Shown in pieces: positions 1-9,419 of a stretch of 64,000 bases of DNA. The notes under the pieces are model-generated. The model searched no databases, was not told the origin of the DNA, and saw only the letters and a program-made list of their open reading frames with translations. Location of the stretch: contig CAWBZV010000014.1 in NCBI GenBank assembly GCA_963793305.1, positions 96,001 through 160,000 of the forward strand, given 5' to 3'. This DNA comes from an uncultured Gemmatimonadales bacterium. Its GTDB lineage: Bacteria; Gemmatimonadota; Gemmatimonadetes; Gemmatimonadales; Gemmatimonadaceae. Position numbers and translations under genes: made by a program. Numbering within the stretch: position 1 is the first letter of the stretch; each line of letters opens with the position of its first letter.

Positions 1-12
1 GTCGACCTGCTC

Positions 13-417
13 GTGTTTCGAGCCGGCGGCGAGCGATTCGCCGTGGGTCTGGCGGCGGTCGACGAGGTCATCGACACCGGAATCATCACGGCATTCCCCC
101 AGAGTCCGACGACGATGCTCGGCGTGTCCGAGATCCGCGGCGCGCTCGTTCCCGTGTACACGCCCGGCCCGGCGCTCGGCGTGGACATCGTGGACCGCAA
201 GAAGATCGTCGTGGCCCGTGGTCGCGATGGACGCCGCGTCGGTCTCGCGGTCGACGACGCCGAAGGCGTGATGGCGTTCGACTTCGAGACGCTGAATACG
301 GCGGCGGCTCAGGGGATGCTGCTCGGGATATCTCCACGCGGGAGTCTCTTAGCTGTCGTCGATATCGAGGCGCTGGTCGCCGCGTGCACTACCGATCGGG
401 TCGAGGAGACCTCATGA
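13..417 (+). CDS. cheW: CheW-like chemotaxis coupling protein (5' end probably outside the window)
   Basis: LGVSEIRGALVPV and VGLAVD motifs typical of CheW; frame is open from the window start. Confidence 0.8.
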   Translation: MFRAGGERFAVGLAAVDEVIDTGIITAFPQSPTTMLGVSEIRGALVPVYTPGPALGVDIVDRKKIVVARGRDGRRVGLAVDDAEGVMAFDFETLNTAAAQGMLLGISPRGSLLAVVDIEALVAACTTDRVEETS

Positions 418-881
418 GCACCACCAACGGGCACGTTCAAATCGTCACGTTCCGCTTGGCAGGCGATCTGTTCGCCGCTGACATTCACGGCGTCGAGCGC
501 GTGCTGCGTCGTCAGGAGACCACACCGGTGCCGAACGTACCGGATTGGATCACCGGCGTGATCGAGTATCAAAAGCGCGTGGTGCCGGTGATCGATCTCC
601 GGGCGCGGTTCGAGATGGAAGTCGCCGAGGCGACGAACGAGACGCGCGTGTTGGTCTTTAACGCCGCGGATCAGTGGATCGCCGGCGTCGTGGATGCGGT
701 CCTCGATGTGGCCGCCGTCGACAAGTCGGCCGTGCAGCCGCCGCCCGAGCTGTTTCGCGGGCTGGCGGGCGAGTACCTGAAAGGCATCGTGCGCCGCGAG
801 AACAAGCTTGTCATGCTCCTCGACGTCACCAAGCTGTTGACCGCGACCGAGCGGTTGGCGCTGGAGCTGGTCGATGCCTGA
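414..881 (+). CDS. cheW: CheW chemotaxis coupling protein
   Basis: IVTFRL, PVPNVPDWITGVIEYQKRVVPVIDLR, GVVDAV; ATG 414 overlaps the upstream TGA; GGAG upstream. Confidence 0.88.
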   Translation: MSTTNGHVQIVTFRLAGDLFAADIHGVERVLRRQETTPVPNVPDWITGVIEYQKRVVPVIDLRARFEMEVAEATNETRVLVFNAADQWIAGVVDAVLDVAAVDKSAVQPPPELFRGLAGEYLKGIVRRENKLVMLLDVTKLLTATERLALELVDA

Positions 882-1740
882 CGAGTTGGTCGACCTGCGA
901 ACCGCGTATCAGGCCATCGACGCGCGACTCGCCGGGCCGGAAGCACAGAACGGCGCTCGGGATCAGCTCAAGGGGGAGATCATCGCCCTCTATAAGCGCG
1001 TGGAGCAGCGCGTGACCGAGCTGTCCGCGCTCAAGGACGACATCAAGAAGCTCGTCGACAAGTGGAAGACGATGCAGCAGCAGGCCGCGCCCTCCGTCGC
1101 GCCGCAATTTACCGGCGAACGGCCGACGGTGCATGCGGACCACATCGGCGCCTCGACCTTTATTGAAAAAGGCTGGAGCCGGATTTCCCTGGGCGACTAC
1201 GAAGGGGCCGAGGCGGCGTTGACCAAGGCGCTCGAGCTCTCGCCGAACGATCCGCAATCGGAGTCACTGCTCGGCTGGGCGCAGATGCTGCAAGAGAAGT
1301 ACGACGACGCACTGTTGAACTTCCAACGCGTGCTGATGCGCCAGCCCTCGAACGCGCTCGCGCGCATCAACGTCGGCTACATCTGCCTCAAGAAGCGCAT
1401 CTTCGGCGAGGCCATCGAGCATTTGTCGAAGGCCATTCGGCTCGATAACGACAAAAAAGCCACGCTCTACGCGCACTTCTATCTCGGCCTCGTGTATCTC
1501 GAGCGCGAGATGTACGAGGACGCGCAGACGTTCTTCGAGAAGACGCTCGCACTCGGCCCCAACCTCATCGAGGCCTACTACGAGCTCGGCCGCGCGCGTT
1601 GGTTCGGCGGGCTGGCGGAGCACGCGCTCGAGGCGTGGCGCGCGGGACACGCGGCGAACAAGTTCAATCCATGGGGGAAGCGCTGCGCCGAGGTGCTGGA
1701 GGCGGTCGCCGCCGGCGGCGAACCCCCGCACGCTCCATAG
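874..1740 (+). CDS. TPR-repeat protein with N-terminal coiled coil
   Basis: Repeated TPR patterns (ALELSPND, ALALGPNLIEAYYELG). Confidence 0.8.
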   Translation: MPDELVDLRTAYQAIDARLAGPEAQNGARDQLKGEIIALYKRVEQRVTELSALKDDIKKLVDKWKTMQQQAAPSVAPQFTGERPTVHADHIGASTFIEKGWSRISLGDYEGAEAALTKALELSPNDPQSESLLGWAQMLQEKYDDALLNFQRVLMRQPSNALARINVGYICLKKRIFGEAIEHLSKAIRLDNDKKATLYAHFYLGLVYLEREMYEDAQTFFEKTLALGPNLIEAYYELGRARWFGGLAEHALEAWRAGHAANKFNPWGKRCAEVLEAVAAGGEPPHAP

Positions 1741-2747
1741 GGCTCACGCTAGCGCTACTGGCGTCCACGGCCGCCGCGACCATTCCGGCTACCCAGGGCA
1801 GCCCAGCCACTGAGACTCCTGAGAGCCGAGGCGACGAGCGCGAAGCGCGAGGAGAAATAGCGACGCGGATCGATGTCGGCCGCTTTACGGCGATCGCCTT
1901 CGCTGCCGACACGGTGCTGGCAAGGCACCTGTTGCAGCAGGCGGTTCGGATCGACACGTTCCCGGGCCTGCCAAGACCAACCGAGCATGTCCTGATCGCG
2001 ATCGCGCCTGACCGGGCGCGGTTTAAGGCATGGGCGGGGCCCGCGGCGCCGGAGTGGGGCGCCGGCCTGGCGTTTCCCGAGTCGCACAAGATCCTGCTCC
2101 AGGGCCACACGGCGTCGTCCGCCGCCGGGAACCCGACCGTGACGCTCCGGCACGAGCTGGCCCACCTGGCGCTCCATGAGTTTTTCGGCGACGCGGGCGA
2201 CGGAATCCCGCGGTGGTTCGACGAGGGATACGCCTGTTACGCCGCCGGCGAAGTCGGTCGCGACGACGCGCTGGCGGCGAACGTCGCACTGGCGTTCCGA
2301 GGGACGCCGACCCTGGCGCAGGTTGACAGCGGGTTGACCGGAACCGCCTTGGAGGCCGATGCGAGCTACGCCCTGGCGTATCGGGCGGTCGCGGATCTGG
2401 CGGCGAGGGATCCCCAGCGTGGGCTGGCGCTGCTCTTCGCCGACTGGCGGGATACCGGGTCTCTCGAGCGCGCCGTGCGCCGAGCCTATGGCGTCACGAT
2501 CGAGGGGTTCGAGACGGATTGGCGCTCGCGCGTCCGCCGCCGCTACGGCGTCTTGGCGCTCGTGACGGATATCAGCGTCGCGTCGCTGCTGCTTCTCGTG
2601 TTTCTGACGCCGCTCTACATCGCCCGGCGCCGGCGCGACCGGGAGCGGATGGCGGCGCTGCGCGCTGCCGAGGAGGCAGCCGAGGAGCGAGAGCGGCGCG
2701 ACGCGATCGACGCGCTACTCGCCACGTTGCCGAGGGGATCGGCGTAA
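1737..2747 (+). CDS. Peptidase MA-like zinc metallopeptidase with signal-like N-terminus and C-terminal TM helix (start uncertain)
   Basis: LRHELAH (HEXXH) followed by PRWFDEGYA; hydrophobic segment near the C-terminus. Confidence 0.7.
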   Translation: MGLTLALLASTAAATIPATQGSPATETPESRGDEREARGEIATRIDVGRFTAIAFAADTVLARHLLQQAVRIDTFPGLPRPTEHVLIAIAPDRARFKAWAGPAAPEWGAGLAFPESHKILLQGHTASSAAGNPTVTLRHELAHLALHEFFGDAGDGIPRWFDEGYACYAAGEVGRDDALAANVALAFRGTPTLAQVDSGLTGTALEADASYALAYRAVADLAARDPQRGLALLFADWRDTGSLERAVRRAYGVTIEGFETDWRSRVRRRYGVLALVTDISVASLLLLVFLTPLYIARRRRDRERMAALRAAEEAAEERERRDAIDALLATLPRGSA

Positions 2748-2768
2748 TGACACTGGGATGAACTTCTA

Positions 2769-2797
2769 TTGACACTGTTTTCGACTGGTTCTACTCT
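2769..2797 (+). promoter_or_regulatory. Sigma70-type promoter, likely leaderless for the ORF at 2804
   Basis: TTGACA (2769-2774), 17 nt spacer, TACTCT (2792-2797), 6 nt, ATG 2804; no SD. Confidence 0.75.
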
Positions 2798-2803
2798 TTT
2801 AAA

Positions 2804-2992
2804 ATGGCATCGAACACGACGAACTCACCGGCAGCGGCGAATTTATGGCGCCGTCGAGCCTTGTTTTGGGCGCTGGCGGCGGTCGTGATCATCCTCGGGT
2901 TTGCCGATCTGGCGCGGGGCGGGGAAACGTTGGCCCCCGTGCTCCTCGTCATCGGCTACTGTGTGTTGGTGCCGATCGCCATACTCCAGTAG
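2804..2992 (+). CDS. Small two-TM membrane protein (62 aa)
   Basis: Two hydrophobic helices; consensus promoter directly upstream. Confidence 0.65.
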   Translation: MASNTTNSPAAANLWRRRALFWALAAVVIILGFADLARGGETLAPVLLVIGYCVLVPIAILQ

Positions 2993-3038
2993 CCCGGTCG
3001 TTCCAATCTGGTCCTCGGCATCCTACCGTACTCCCAGC

Positions 3039-3112
3039 GGGCGAATAGCTCAGTTGGTTAGAGCGCCTGCCTTACACGCAGGATGTCGGGGGTTCGAGTC
3101 CCTCTTCGCCCA
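3039..3112 (+). tRNA. tRNA-Val (anticodon TAC); CCA not encoded
   Basis: Acceptor stem GGGCGAA/TTCGCCC, D-arm TAGCTCAGTTGGTTAGAGC, anticodon arm CCTGC-CTTACAC-GCAGG, T-loop GGTTCGAGTCC. Confidence 0.95.
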
Positions 3113-3140
3113 TATGAGTAAACGTTTGGAGGTTGGTCAC

Positions 3141-4841
3141 GTGACGGTTCGTTCTTGGTTGGGACTCGCACTGGTGTTCTGCGCAAGTATTGCCGGCGCG
3201 CAATCTCCGCCCAGGCAGCACGATGCGGACGCGCTGAAGCTGCTTGTCGTACCGGCCTTCAACGGCGACAAGACCATCGCCTGCAAAACGGCGATGGAAG
3301 TGCGCGACAAAATCGAGGATGACCTCGACGGCCGTCACCTCTGGGTCGTTTCTCGCACCAATATCGAGGAAACGCTCAAGGCGTCCGGTTTCCCGGTCTG
3401 CGACCCCATCACCCCGTCCGACGCCAAGCAGCTCTCCAGCCAGCTACGGGCCGACGCATACGTCGACGGCACGATCTCGAAGGTCGCGGCATTGCCCGCA
3501 CCCGCGAACGGACCAGGCATCCACCTCGAGGCCAAGCTCGTCCTCGCGCGCGGCCCCGAGTTCTCGCAGCCACTGCCGCCGGCCGAGGGCAGGGATGCCG
3601 GCGCCGTCGCGAAGCAGGTATCGAAGTCGCTCGACGCCGCGCTCAAGCAGATTCCGGGCGAAGACAAGTGCTATAAGGCCGCCGGTCAGCAGCAATACCC
3701 AGCGGCACTGGCGGCTGCGCAGACGGCGATCACCGCCTATCCGCAGTCGACGTTGGCTCGTTTGTGCATCGCCAATGTGTACGCGGCCGAGAAGCTTCCG
3801 GCCGACTCGATCATCTCGGCGACCAAACCGATCCTGGCGCTCGATCCGCACAACCGCCGGTCGTTGGAGCTCGTCGCCCAGGCGTATTACGACAAGAAGG
3901 ACTTCGACAACGCGGTCAAGGCGTGGACGGAGCTGATTGCCGGCGATCCATCGAACTCCGAGTTGATCGAGGGCATTATCACGAAGATCGTGCAGAGCGG
4001 TCACGCGGAAGCGGCCCTGCCGATCATGAAGCAGGTCGTCGAGCAGAACCAGGGTGATCCCAAGCTCCTCGAGCTCTACTATCGCCTCTTGATCGTCACG
4101 AGGCACTTCAAGGAAGCGATTCCGATCGGCGAAGAAGTCGTCAAGGAAGACACCGCGTTCGCCGACACACTGTACTTCGTGCGTCAGACGCGGGCGTACG
4201 CGGGCGACAGCCAGTTCACGAAGGCGGCGGAGACGGCCCAAAAGGGCTTGGCGAAGTTTCCGACCAACGAAGCGCTGATGTTGCTCGAGGCACAGGAGCT
4301 GAGAGACGGCGGCCAGATCGCGCAGGCGAAGACCTTGCTGCTCCAGATTCTGCAGAAGGATCCGAAGAACGCGGACGCGGCGCAGATGCTTGTGACGATC
4401 TACGCGCAGGCGGGGAATACCGACAGTACGTTGTGGGCGCTTCATCAGGCGATCGCCGCCGGCGTTCCGCCATCGAACATAGCCGCCATCGCGCTCAGTC
4501 AAGGCAACATCATGTATCGCAAGGGGAACCCGACCAAGAACAAGGACACGCTGGACATCGCGATCAAGTTCTTCGCGTACTCCGATAGTCTGGTGCCGGA
4601 CACAAAGCCGAAGTTCTTGATGGGCGCGTCGGCGTTCGTGATCGGGTATGCGCTGGCCCAGGAAGCATCGAAGGAAAAGAGTTGCCCGCTCGCGAAATCG
4701 GCGGGGGAGTACTTCACGATCACGCAGACCGAGGCGCCGGCGGGGTTGCAGGACTTCCCTGAGCCCGCGAAGCAGATTCTGTCGGGGCTCCAGCAGCTCA
4801 ATCCATTCGTTCAGAAAGAAGTCAAAGCCTTCTGCAAGTAG
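3141..4841 (+). CDS. Secreted multi-TPR protein
   Basis: GGAGG then GTG 3141 (alternative ATG 3114); signal peptide ending AGA-Q; several TPR-like repeats. Confidence 0.75.
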   Translation: MTVRSWLGLALVFCASIAGAQSPPRQHDADALKLLVVPAFNGDKTIACKTAMEVRDKIEDDLDGRHLWVVSRTNIEETLKASGFPVCDPITPSDAKQLSSQLRADAYVDGTISKVAALPAPANGPGIHLEAKLVLARGPEFSQPLPPAEGRDAGAVAKQVSKSLDAALKQIPGEDKCYKAAGQQQYPAALAAAQTAITAYPQSTLARLCIANVYAAEKLPADSIISATKPILALDPHNRRSLELVAQAYYDKKDFDNAVKAWTELIAGDPSNSELIEGIITKIVQSGHAEAALPIMKQVVEQNQGDPKLLELYYRLLIVTRHFKEAIPIGEEVVKEDTAFADTLYFVRQTRAYAGDSQFTKAAETAQKGLAKFPTNEALMLLEAQELRDGGQIAQAKTLLLQILQKDPKNADAAQMLVTIYAQAGNTDSTLWALHQAIAAGVPPSNIAAIALSQGNIMYRKGNPTKNKDTLDIAIKFFAYSDSLVPDTKPKFLMGASAFVIGYALAQEASKEKSCPLAKSAGEYFTITQTEAPAGLQDFPEPAKQILSGLQQLNPFVQKEVKAFCK

Positions 4842-4851
4842 CGGCGACGAC

Positions 4852-5780
4852 ATGACGGACGAGGGGGCGCGGTGGGATTCTCCCTACCACGCCCCCGTCA
4901 TGGTCGACTCCGTGGTCGGCCATCTCCGCGGGGCCGCGCGTGTGCTCGACGGGACCCTCGGCGGCGGTGGGCACGCTACGGCGCTCCTGTCCGCTGGCTC
5001 CGCGGTCGACGGCATCGACCTGGATCTCAATGCGCTCGCCGCCGCGCGGCGGCGCCTGGCCGGCTTCGAGCACTTTCGCGCCGTCCACGGGAATTACGCC
5101 GACGTGGATCGCATTCCGGAGTTGGCCGGGGCGCGGTACGACGGCATCTTGCTGGACCTCGGGATCTCGTCTCATCAAATTGACGATCCAGCACGTGGCT
5201 TCTCGTTTCGTCCCGGTGTCCCGCTCGACATGCGTATGCATCAGGGCGACGCGACTGACGCACGGTCCTGCTGAATGACAGTGACGAGGCGACGCTCACC
5301 ACATCTTTCGATCGTATGGCGACGAACCACGGGCGGCGCGATTGGCGCGCGAGATCGTGCGTCGTCGACGTACACGTCACTTCGCCACCGCGCGACGATC
5401 TGGTGGGCGCCATTCGTGGCGCATTGGGCCCGCGAAGCGGACCGGGTGATTTTGCGCGGCTCTTCCAGGCGATACGGATCGCGGTCAATGGGGAGCTCGA
5501 GCGACTGCCGGAGGCGCTCGTGACGCTGCGAGACCGCCTCAACCCGGGTGGGCGGTTCGTCGTGATCGCCTACCATTCGGGCGAAGATCGTATCGTGAAA
5601 AATGCATTTCGCGATTGGAGCGTCGCCTGCATCTGCCCACCGCTCGCGCCGCGCTGTACCTGTGGCGCCACCGCACGCGGTCGCCTCGTGACGAAGAAGG
5701 CCGAGCGGCCTTCGGCCGAGGAGACCGAGCGGAATGGCAGGGCGCGCAGCGCGCGACTGCGCGTCTGGGCCGCCGCGTGA
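4852..5780 (+). CDS. rsmH: 16S rRNA m4C1402 methyltransferase RsmH/MraW; three apparent indels at about 5262, 5300 and 5391
   Basis: HAPVM, DGTLGGGGH, DLGISSHQID, RGFSF, PLDMRM; after the shifts FQAIRIAVNGEL, YHSGEDRIVK, RARSARLR. Confidence 0.9.
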
Positions 5781-6082
5781 TGGCGAAGCGACGCGGGGGG
5801 CGGGGACCTCGCGGGCGCACCGTGGTCGCACTCGGCCTAGTCGCGTTCGTACTGGTCGCTTCGGCCGTGGTCTGGCGACGGTCGGTGGGACTGCGCGAGG
5901 CGGCTAACGTCAGAAAGCTCGACATTCAACGCGCGGCGCTCGACGGCGAGGTCACGAAGCTCGAGACGACGATTCGGTCGTTATCCAGCCGCGAGCACCT
6001 GGGTGCGGTTGCCGAGCAGCGCTTGCACATGCGCGTGCCCGACGACAGCCAGGTCATCGTACTTCCTAATGCGCCGCATTAG
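5780..6082 (+). CDS. ftsL: FtsL-like cell division protein
   Basis: Basic N-terminus, one TM, coiled coil; lies between rsmH and ftsI. Confidence 0.7.
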   Translation: MAKRRGGRGPRGRTVVALGLVAFVLVASAVVWRRSVGLREAANVRKLDIQRAALDGEVTKLETTIRSLSSREHLGAVAEQRLHMRVPDDSQVIVLPNAPH

Positions 6083-7991
6083 TCGCATCGGGATGCTCCA
6101 GGCGGCGCTGATCGCCTTCATGGTCGCGCTGATCGGGAAGGCGGCACAGGTGCAGCTCTGGCAAGGGCGGGAGTGGGCCGCGAAAGCCCAGCGCCAGCAG
6201 GTGGAGCGCGCGCCGCTGCTCGTGCCGCGCGGGCCCATTCTCGACGCGACCGGGGCGGTGCTCGTCGAGAGCCGCAATGTCGTGCGCCTCCGCGTGGCGC
6301 CGCGCGAGGTCAAGAATCGCCGCGCGTTGGCCGTCGCGTTGACGCACTTGGGGCTCGGCGGAGATTGGGTCCGGCGGGCGACCGATACGACCGAGAAATG
6401 GGTCGAGATTCCCGGACGTTATCTCGCCACGGACGTCCAGAGCATTCTGGCGACGCCGGGTGTTCATCCGGAGATGCTGGTGGACCGGGTACCGATCGCG
6501 TCCGAAGGGTTACGCCGGGTGATCGGACGACCACCTGATGAGGGCCTGGAGTCCACGCTCGACAGCGTGCTGCGCGGCGTCGCTTTCCAGGAGACCCTGT
6601 TACGCGACGCGCGCGGCACCCAGTTCGAGGCGCCCGGAGGCGATGCGCCGACGCCGAAAGACGGCGACACCGTCGTGCTGACGATCAATAATGCGCTGCA
6701 GGAGATCTGCGAGCGCGCGTTGGCCGGCGAGGTGGCGGCCGAGGGCGCGAGCGGCGGCGATATCGTGGTGATCGATCCGCGCGACGGCTCGATCTTGGCA
6801 ATGGCGTCGAGCCGGCGCGATCCGCGGTCGATCGAGGCGACGGCGCTGACGGAGCCGTTCGAGCCGGGTTCGACGATCAAGCCTTTTATTGCCGCGTCAC
6901 TGCTCGCGCGTGGCAAGGCGACTCCGGACGAAACGGTCGATACCCATGGTGGCACGTTCGAGTTGAACGGCCGCACGTTGACCAATGAGCACAAGGCCGA
7001 CCGGCTGGCGCTCCGCGATGTGATCCGGTTGTCGAGCAATATCGGGATCGCCGAGTTCGCCGAGCGATTGACCGAGGGCGAGGAGTACGAGACACTGCGG
7101 GACCTCGGGTTCGGGATGCCGACCGGCGTGCCATACCCCGCCGAGTCACCGGGGACGCTCCGCCGGCCGATCGATTGGTCGAAGCAATCACCGGCGTCCC
7201 TTGCCATCGGATACGAGCTCGCCGTCACGCCACTGCAGTTGGCGATGGCGTACGCTAGTATCGCGAACGGGGGTGAATTACTGGAGCCGGGACTCGTACG
7301 GGAGGTCAGGCGATCCGACGGCACCGTGCTGTACCGGCATGTACGCCGTGCCATTCGACGTGTGATGCCCGTCACAGTCGCGGACACCGTGCGGGCCATG
7401 TTGGTCGAGACCGTGGCGCATGGGACGGGATCGAAGGCCGATTTGTCGACCTTTTCCGTCGCCGGGAAAACGGGGACCGCGCGCCGCACGGAGCGAAATC
7501 GGGGATATGTGGCCGGAGCATATACCGCGACGTTCGTCGGACTCTTCCCGGCGGCCAATCCACAGTACGTTATTCTCGTGAAGATCAACGATCCACCCGC
7601 GCGAGGTGAGAGTTACTTCGCGGCGAAGGCCGCCGCGCCGGTGGCGAGGACCGTGCTCGAGGCGGCGGTCGCCGCCCGCGACGCATCGCTCGATCGTGGT
7701 GCGCTGGCCGCGCGGAAGGCAGCGCCGGCCGAAACCACGGTGGTTGCCGCCGCGGCGGATATCGCGAGCAGCGTCACGGTCGATCTTCCCCTTCGTCCCG
7801 CGCATTCGGGTCCCACGGGCGCGCCACGCGCCGTGCCCGACGTCCACGGGATGTCGCTGCGCGCCGCGGTCCATGCGCTGCATCGCGCGGGGTTAAAAGT
7901 GGAGCTCATCGAGTCCGCGCCTGGGGTGACGATACCCGTTGCCGGGACAGTCGTCCCCGAAGGGGCCATCGTGAAATTGGGTCGGTTGTGA
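6069..7991 (+). CDS. ftsI: Penicillin-binding protein FtsI with C-terminal PASTA domain
   Basis: EPGSTIK (SxxK), SSN (SxN), KTG; VPDVHGM PASTA start. Confidence 0.9.
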   Translation: MRRISRIGMLQAALIAFMVALIGKAAQVQLWQGREWAAKAQRQQVERAPLLVPRGPILDATGAVLVESRNVVRLRVAPREVKNRRALAVALTHLGLGGDWVRRATDTTEKWVEIPGRYLATDVQSILATPGVHPEMLVDRVPIASEGLRRVIGRPPDEGLESTLDSVLRGVAFQETLLRDARGTQFEAPGGDAPTPKDGDTVVLTINNALQEICERALAGEVAAEGASGGDIVVIDPRDGSILAMASSRRDPRSIEATALTEPFEPGSTIKPFIAASLLARGKATPDETVDTHGGTFELNGRTLTNEHKADRLALRDVIRLSSNIGIAEFAERLTEGEEYETLRDLGFGMPTGVPYPAESPGTLRRPIDWSKQSPASLAIGYELAVTPLQLAMAYASIANGGELLEPGLVREVRRSDGTVLYRHVRRAIRRVMPVTVADTVRAMLVETVAHGTGSKADLSTFSVAGKTGTARRTERNRGYVAGAYTATFVGLFPAANPQYVILVKINDPPARGESYFAAKAAAPVARTVLEAAVAARDASLDRGALAARKAAPAETTVVAAAADIASSVTVDLPLRPAHSGPTGAPRAVPDVHGMSLRAAVHALHRAGLKVELIESAPGVTIPVAGTVVPEGAIVKLGRL

Positions 7992-9419
7992 TCTCCGGCG
8001 CGATCATCGCTCGCGCATTGGCCGAAGCGGGTTTGCTCGTCTCGGCGTCGCCGGCCATGCCCAGTGAGTTCAGTGGAATCACCGACGACAGTCGTGCCGC
8101 GGAGCCGGGCACGTTGTTCATGGCCGTGCGCGGGAGCACGCGCAATGGCCACGAGTTCTTGGCGGCCGCCGCCAGCGCTGGTGCGACGGCGGCGGTCGTC
8201 GATGATCCGGCCCGATCAACACTGCCCGTGTTCGTCGTCAGCGATACACGAGCGGCGGTCGCCACGGTGGCGTCCGCGGCGTATGACTACCCTGCGCGAG
8301 CGCTCCACGCTGTTGGCGTGACGGGCACCAACGGCAAGAGCACCACGGTGGCGCTCGTGCGGCACCTGCTCGACCAACCGGCAGCCTCTCTCGGCACCAT
8401 AGGCGTTTTCGTGGGCGACACGCCGTTCGGCGAGACCGGCCTCACCACGCCCGGGCCGATTGAGCTGCAGCGCGTGTTGCGTCTCCTGGTCGATCGGGGC
8501 GTGCGGTCGTTGGCGATGGAGGCTTCGTCGCATAGCCTCGATCAGCATCGCATCGATGGCATGCAGTTCGAGGCCGCGGTGTTCACGAACCTGACCCGCG
8601 ATCATCTCGATTATCACGGCACCATGGAAGCCTACTTCGCGGCGAAGGCCCGGCTGATCTCATATCTCACGCCGACTGGCACCGCCGTGGTCAACGCCGA
8701 CGATCCCGTCTGGCAGAATCTTCCCCCGGCTCCCCGCCGTCTCACGTTCTCGGCCACCAATCGGCCCGCGGATCTCAGGGCGACCAACGTGCGGTACACG
8801 CCTCGGGGCAGTGAGTGGCGCCTCAATGACCATGTTGTCCACCTCCCGCTGATCGGTGCGTTCAATATCGAGAACGCGCTGGGAGCGGCCGGTGCGGCGC
8901 AGGCCCTGGGAGTGGAACTGAAGACGGTCGCCCAGCGACTGGAAACCGTTCCCCAGGTGCCGGGCCGGCTCGAGGTCCTGCACGATCACCCGACGGTGCT
9001 GCGCGATTACGCGCACACGCCCGAATGCGATCGAGCGGGCCCTCGAGGCCGTGCGACCGTTTACCCGTGGCCGGCTGATCATTGTCTTTGGAGCCGGAGG
9101 AGATCGGGATCGAGGCAAACGACCGGCAATGGGCTCGGTCAGCGAGCGCCTCGCGGATACCGTGATCATCACCAGCGACAACCCGAGAACCGAAGACCCC
9201 GAGCGCATCCTCGACGAGATCGAGACGGGGATGACGCGGCCGCACGAGCGCATTGAGGACCGGGAGCGCGCGATCGCGCGAGCCATCGCGCTCGCCGGGG
9301 ACGATGATGTCGTGCTGCTCGCCGGCAAAGGACACGAGACGTACCAGGTGCGTGGGACGACGAACTATCCGTTCGACGAGCGGGTGATCGTGCGGACGTT
9401 GCTCAGCTCCGCCGCGTGA
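7988..9419 (+). CDS. murE: MurE ligase; +1 insertion at about 9024
   Basis: GVTGTNGKST, EASSH, TNLTRDHLDYH, DYAHTP; after the shift GDRDRGKR, DNPR, AGKGHE. Confidence 0.93.

Noticed and set aside
3039..3112. tRNA as integration site of an island or prophage
   Set aside because: No integrase and no duplicated tRNA 3' end seen in the window.
2901..3140. N-terminal extension of the 646-aa ORF
   Set aside because: It runs through tRNA-Val; SD and signal peptide support a start at 3141.
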